Shown: one piece after another, positions 61,264 through 64,000 of the stretch
Layout of the letters: each line of letters begins with the position of its first letter
Numbering within the stretch: position 1 is the stretch's first letter
Source: a virus
IMG/VR virus record: IMGVR_UViG_3300029893_000005
Coordinates: 7,904 to 71,903 of that record
Length of the DNA stretch: 64,000 bases
Direction: 5' to 3' (one strand)
The notes under the pieces: model-generated
The model's database searches: none
The model's input: the letters and a program-made list of their open reading frames with translations, nothing else
What the model was told of the DNA's origin: nothing
Made by a program: the position numbers and the translations under genes

Positions 61264-62069
61264 GGCGTAGCCGCCTCCTTCGCGGCGATCTTCTGCTGAG
61301 CCAGGACCTCCCGGGCCTTCTGCGCCATCTGCCCCAAGACTCGGAAGACGGCGGTGCCGGTGCAGCAGGGCACCTCCCAGACCCCCAGCGCCGGGCTGTC
61401 GAGTCGCCACCCCTCCTCGGCTGCGTAGCCGTCCTTGGTGTAGCGGGTCAGGGTCGGCCAGCCCCCCTTCAGGTTCCGCAGGGGCTTGGTGTAGTGGTCC
61501 CATGACTCCCGCACCCGCTCCAGGGCGGCGTGGAGTTCTTCGAAGGTGCGGGTGTCCGGCTTCAGGAGCCGCTCCGCCAGGGCGAACTCGATCATGCGGC
61601 GGGCCTGCGCCTCGTCGGCGGCGCGGAGCGTGGCTCTGATCGTCACTCCATCGGAGTGGGTCTGCACGTCGTAGTCGAGCAGCCCGTACTCATCCCCCAG
61701 GCGGTTGGCGATCTCCTGGTAGTGGCTGTAGGCGACGGCGGCCTTGCGGCTGGCGCGGGTCTTCTCGATCTCTCGCTGTACGTAGTTGTAGACGTACTCC
61801 ACGATGGCGTCGTAGTCGAAGCCGCCCTTCTTGCGGTCATGGAACTTCTCGCCCCGCCAGCCTCCTACACGGATGTAGAGGCGCTGGTTGGGCTTGTTCC
61901 GGGCGCTTCCCCAGACGTCGACACGGATGTAGAGCCCCACCTTCGGCACGTCCTCCAGGCCGGTCAGGACCGTCCAGGTATCGCCCTCGAAGGTCAGGCC
62001 CTTCGCCTCCAGCCGCTTGCGGATTTCCGCCAGGGCTTCCTGCTTGCGCTCGTTGCTGATGTCTCCCAT
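61260..62069 (-). CDS. Hypothetical early protein
   Basis: 269-aa ORF with biased codons. Confidence 0.6.
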   Translation of the reverse strand: MGDISNERKQEALAEIRKRLEAKGLTFEGDTWTVLTGLEDVPKVGLYIRVDVWGSARNKPNQRLYIRVGGWRGEKFHDRKKGGFDYDAIVEYVYNYVQREIEKTRASRKAAVAYSHYQEIANRLGDEYGLLDYDVQTHSDGVTIRATLRAADEAQARRMIEFALAERLLKPDTRTFEELHAALERVRESWDHYTKPLRNLKGGWPTLTRYTKDGYAAEEGWRLDSPALGVWEVPCCTGTAVFRVLGQMAQKAREVLAQQKIAAKEAATP

Positions 62070-62086
62070 GTCGCTCTCGTTCCTTT

Positions 62087-62506
62087 CTATCTCAGGTCGT
62101 TGAGGCAGCGGCCGCAAGTCACCTCGCCCGCGTCCTCGGTGGCCGGCTGCTCCGCCTTCAGCCAGTAGCCGCACAGGCTGAGGCGCCCCCCGGCTCGGTT
62201 GGTGCTGTGCAGGTAGTGGGTCTTGTACTGGTAGACGGCCGGGGTGACGTCCTCCGGCTCCGCCCTCTCGGCGTCCTGCTCCTGGTCCGCCACGACCACG
62301 GCGAGGGGCGTCTCCTCCGCCGCTCGTCGCTCCTGGTCGGCCCGCTCCCAGCCGGCCCGCAGTTGCAGGACGTGTTCCCGCAGGGTGGTCTCGATGTAGG
62401 TGGCCAGGGCCACTTCCCTCTCGACCGCGGCTCGGGTCAGGTCGGTAGCGATGGTCTTGCGCAGGGTGAGGGTGAATTGCGTGGATTCGGTTCGGGGGTC
62501 GCTCAT
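62087..62506 (-). CDS. RHH-like N-terminus + C-terminal H...CG...TC..C zinc module
   Basis: TQFTLTLRKTIATDLTRAA...LATYIETTLREHV; HYL...LCG...VTCGRC. Confidence 0.5.
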   Translation of the reverse strand: MSDPRTESTQFTLTLRKTIATDLTRAAVEREVALATYIETTLREHVLQLRAGWERADQERRAAEETPLAVVVADQEQDAERAEPEDVTPAVYQYKTHYLHSTNRAGGRLSLCGYWLKAEQPATEDAGEVTCGRCLNDLR

Positions 62507-62537
62507 TGCTTCTCGTTGTCCTTTCGTTTCCGTAGTA

Positions 62538-62885
62538 TCAGGCGAACCAGGGGTCCCGTGCCCAGGCCATCCAGGCTTCCCGATGGTTGGTATCCCAGAC
62601 GTTCAGGGCCCGGCCGAGGTCGAAGGGGAAGCGGCAGTAGTTCCAGACGTGCAGCACGAAGTCGGTGGCCACCTGACTGCCGCTGCTGGTGTTGTACTTG
62701 CTGTGCTGCCACTCCAGCATCTCGTCGACATCCCAGGGCTGCCCGTCGAAGCGGGACCGCAGGGTGGGGAAGGAGTCACGCAGGGCGGCCATGCGCCGCT
62801 CGGTGCGGAGGTGATGCGCAACCAGGGTGGGCTCGTTGATCGGGAAGCCGGGGGTACCGGGGGAGGGGGTTCGTGTATCGTTCAT
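62538..62885 (-). CDS. Trp-rich hypothetical protein
   Basis: FVLHVWN...FDL..AL.VWD..HR.AW.AW...PW pattern. Confidence 0.6.
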   Translation of the reverse strand: MNDTRTPSPGTPGFPINEPTLVAHHLRTERRMAALRDSFPTLRSRFDGQPWDVDEMLEWQHSKYNTSSGSQVATDFVLHVWNYCRFPFDLGRALNVWDTNHREAWMAWARDPWFA

Positions 62886-64000
62886 CGCATCTTCAGTCCT
62901 TTCTTGAGGGCTGCCATCAGCCCGTCTCGTGTCATCGATTCCGTGATACCAGAGGAGGACGGGACCCCCGTCATGATCTCCTCGTCCTGGCGCTTGCTGG
63001 TGAGTAGGTTCCACACGTACTCGTCGATGGTGTCCTGCCCCAGCAGCACCACGATCTCCACCCGCCGGGTCTGCCCGATGCGGTGGAGCCGCTTCATGCT
63101 CTGGGCGTGGCGCTCGTAGGCCCACGTCAGGTCGTAGTAGATAGCCAGCCGACAGTTCTCTTGGAGGTTCAGGCCCTGGCCGAAGGCCGACACGGAGAAG
63201 CACCCGAGGGTGCAGGAGGGGTCGTTGTTGAAGCGGTCCTTCTCGTCGTTCACCCACCTGTCACTCTTGCCGGTCTGCCCGTGCAGCACGACCGGGTTGC
63301 GGTCGGGGTGAGAGAAGCCGATGCTGCTGAGAATCTCCGGGTGGCGGCTCCAGATCACCACCTTCTCGTCGCCAGCCTCTTCGAGGATCTCCCGCACGAC
63401 CTGCATACGGGTGAGGTAGGCGTCGTTCAGGCTGTCCCCGAGCAGGCCTGGGTGGGAGGACAGTTGCAGCAGACGGGTGATCTGGGACAGGCCACTCTTG
63501 GCCCGCACCGTGAACTCCCTGTCGTCCATGCCCTGCAGGGTGGCGTAGAACTCCTGCGCCATCTGGGTGTACTTGGTGCGCTGGCTGGTGGCCAGGGGTA
63601 CCGTCACCAGCCGCACCCGAGGCGGCGGCAGGTCCAGCCCGAGTTCGGCCTCCGCCTTTCGGTAGCCGATGGCGTTGAAGATGGGGGCGAACTCTTCGAG
63701 GTTCTTGTACCGCTTGGTCCCGTTGGGGTAGAGCCGCTCCGGGAACTTGCGGCTGAACTGCTGCTCGGTGAGCACCGCGCCGGTGGTCAGGTGGTAGATG
63801 GGCAGGAAGGACAGAGGCCGGTTGCGCACCGGCGTCCCCGTCATAGGCAGGACGAAGCGGCAGAGGTCAGCCACTGCGGAGACCCCTTCCGCCTGCTGGG
63901 ATGTGGCATTGGCGATGTTGTGCGCCTCGTCGGGCACCAGCATCACCTTTCGGTTTCCTATGAAGGAACGAATCTCGTCGAGCCCCTTGGTGGTACGCAG
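62882..64000 (-). CDS. SNF2-family (SF2) helicase, 5'-partial
   Basis: DEAH, MTGTP, GQGLNLQ and QSMKRLHRIGQ motifs; the frame is open to the window end. Confidence 0.9.
   Translation of the reverse strand: MRTTKGLDEIRSFIGNRKVMLVPDEAHNIANATSQQAEGVSAVADLCRFVLPMTGTPVRNRPLSFLPIYHLTTGAVLTEQQFSRKFPERLYPNGTKRYKNLEEFAPIFNAIGYRKAEAELGLDLPPPRVRLVTVPLATSQRTKYTQMAQEFYATLQGMDDREFTVRAKSGLSQITRLLQLSSHPGLLGDSLNDAYLTRMQVVREILEEAGDEKVVIWSRHPEILSSIGFSHPDRNPVVLHGQTGKSDRWVNDEKDRFNNDPSCTLGCFSVSAFGQGLNLQENCRLAIYYDLTWAYERHAQSMKRLHRIGQTRRVEIVVLLGQDTIDEYVWNLLTSKRQDEEIMTGVPSSSGITESMTRDGLMAALKKGLKMR

Noticed and set aside
1-64000. CRISPR array, integrase/att site, transposase, reverse transcriptase, rRNA
   Set aside because: No regularly spaced repeats or diagnostic motifs seen. 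Lifestyle cannot be fixed from this window.

Overview
A 64-kb, GC-rich segment of a dsDNA tailed phage, probably podovirus-like. The + strand arm (1-34550) holds morphogenesis genes: portal, scaffold, major capsid, cement, head-tail adaptor, nozzle, short fibre genes, large putative ejection proteins and an M23 endolysin. It converges at a bidirectional terminator (~34570) with a - strand arm of replication, recombination and early genes: RusA, SbcCD-like pair, two DNA methyltransferases, ThyX, primase, DnaB-like helicase, RecA, SSB, UvsY-like protein, UDG-PolA fusion and SNF2 helicase. A small + strand cassette with a holin-like gene sits inside the - arm. No terminase, integrase or CRISPR array is visible in the window. 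The most notable observations are: (1) two tandem flagellar-hook (FlgE D2/FlaE-like) domains inserted in the tail nozzle; (2) a ~450-nt array of highly structured, tRNA-like non-coding modules upstream of the polymerase; (3) a separate ~240-nt structured RNA with its own promoter and terminator; (4) a Tad1-like anti-defence sponge inside the head operon; (5) a repeated ATCTT-GTG-AAGAT palindrome on sigma70-type promoters; (6) a HipA/PI3K-fold pseudokinase in a large late-arm protein; (7) tandem DnaA boxes. All family assignments come from motif recognition by eye, not from database searches.
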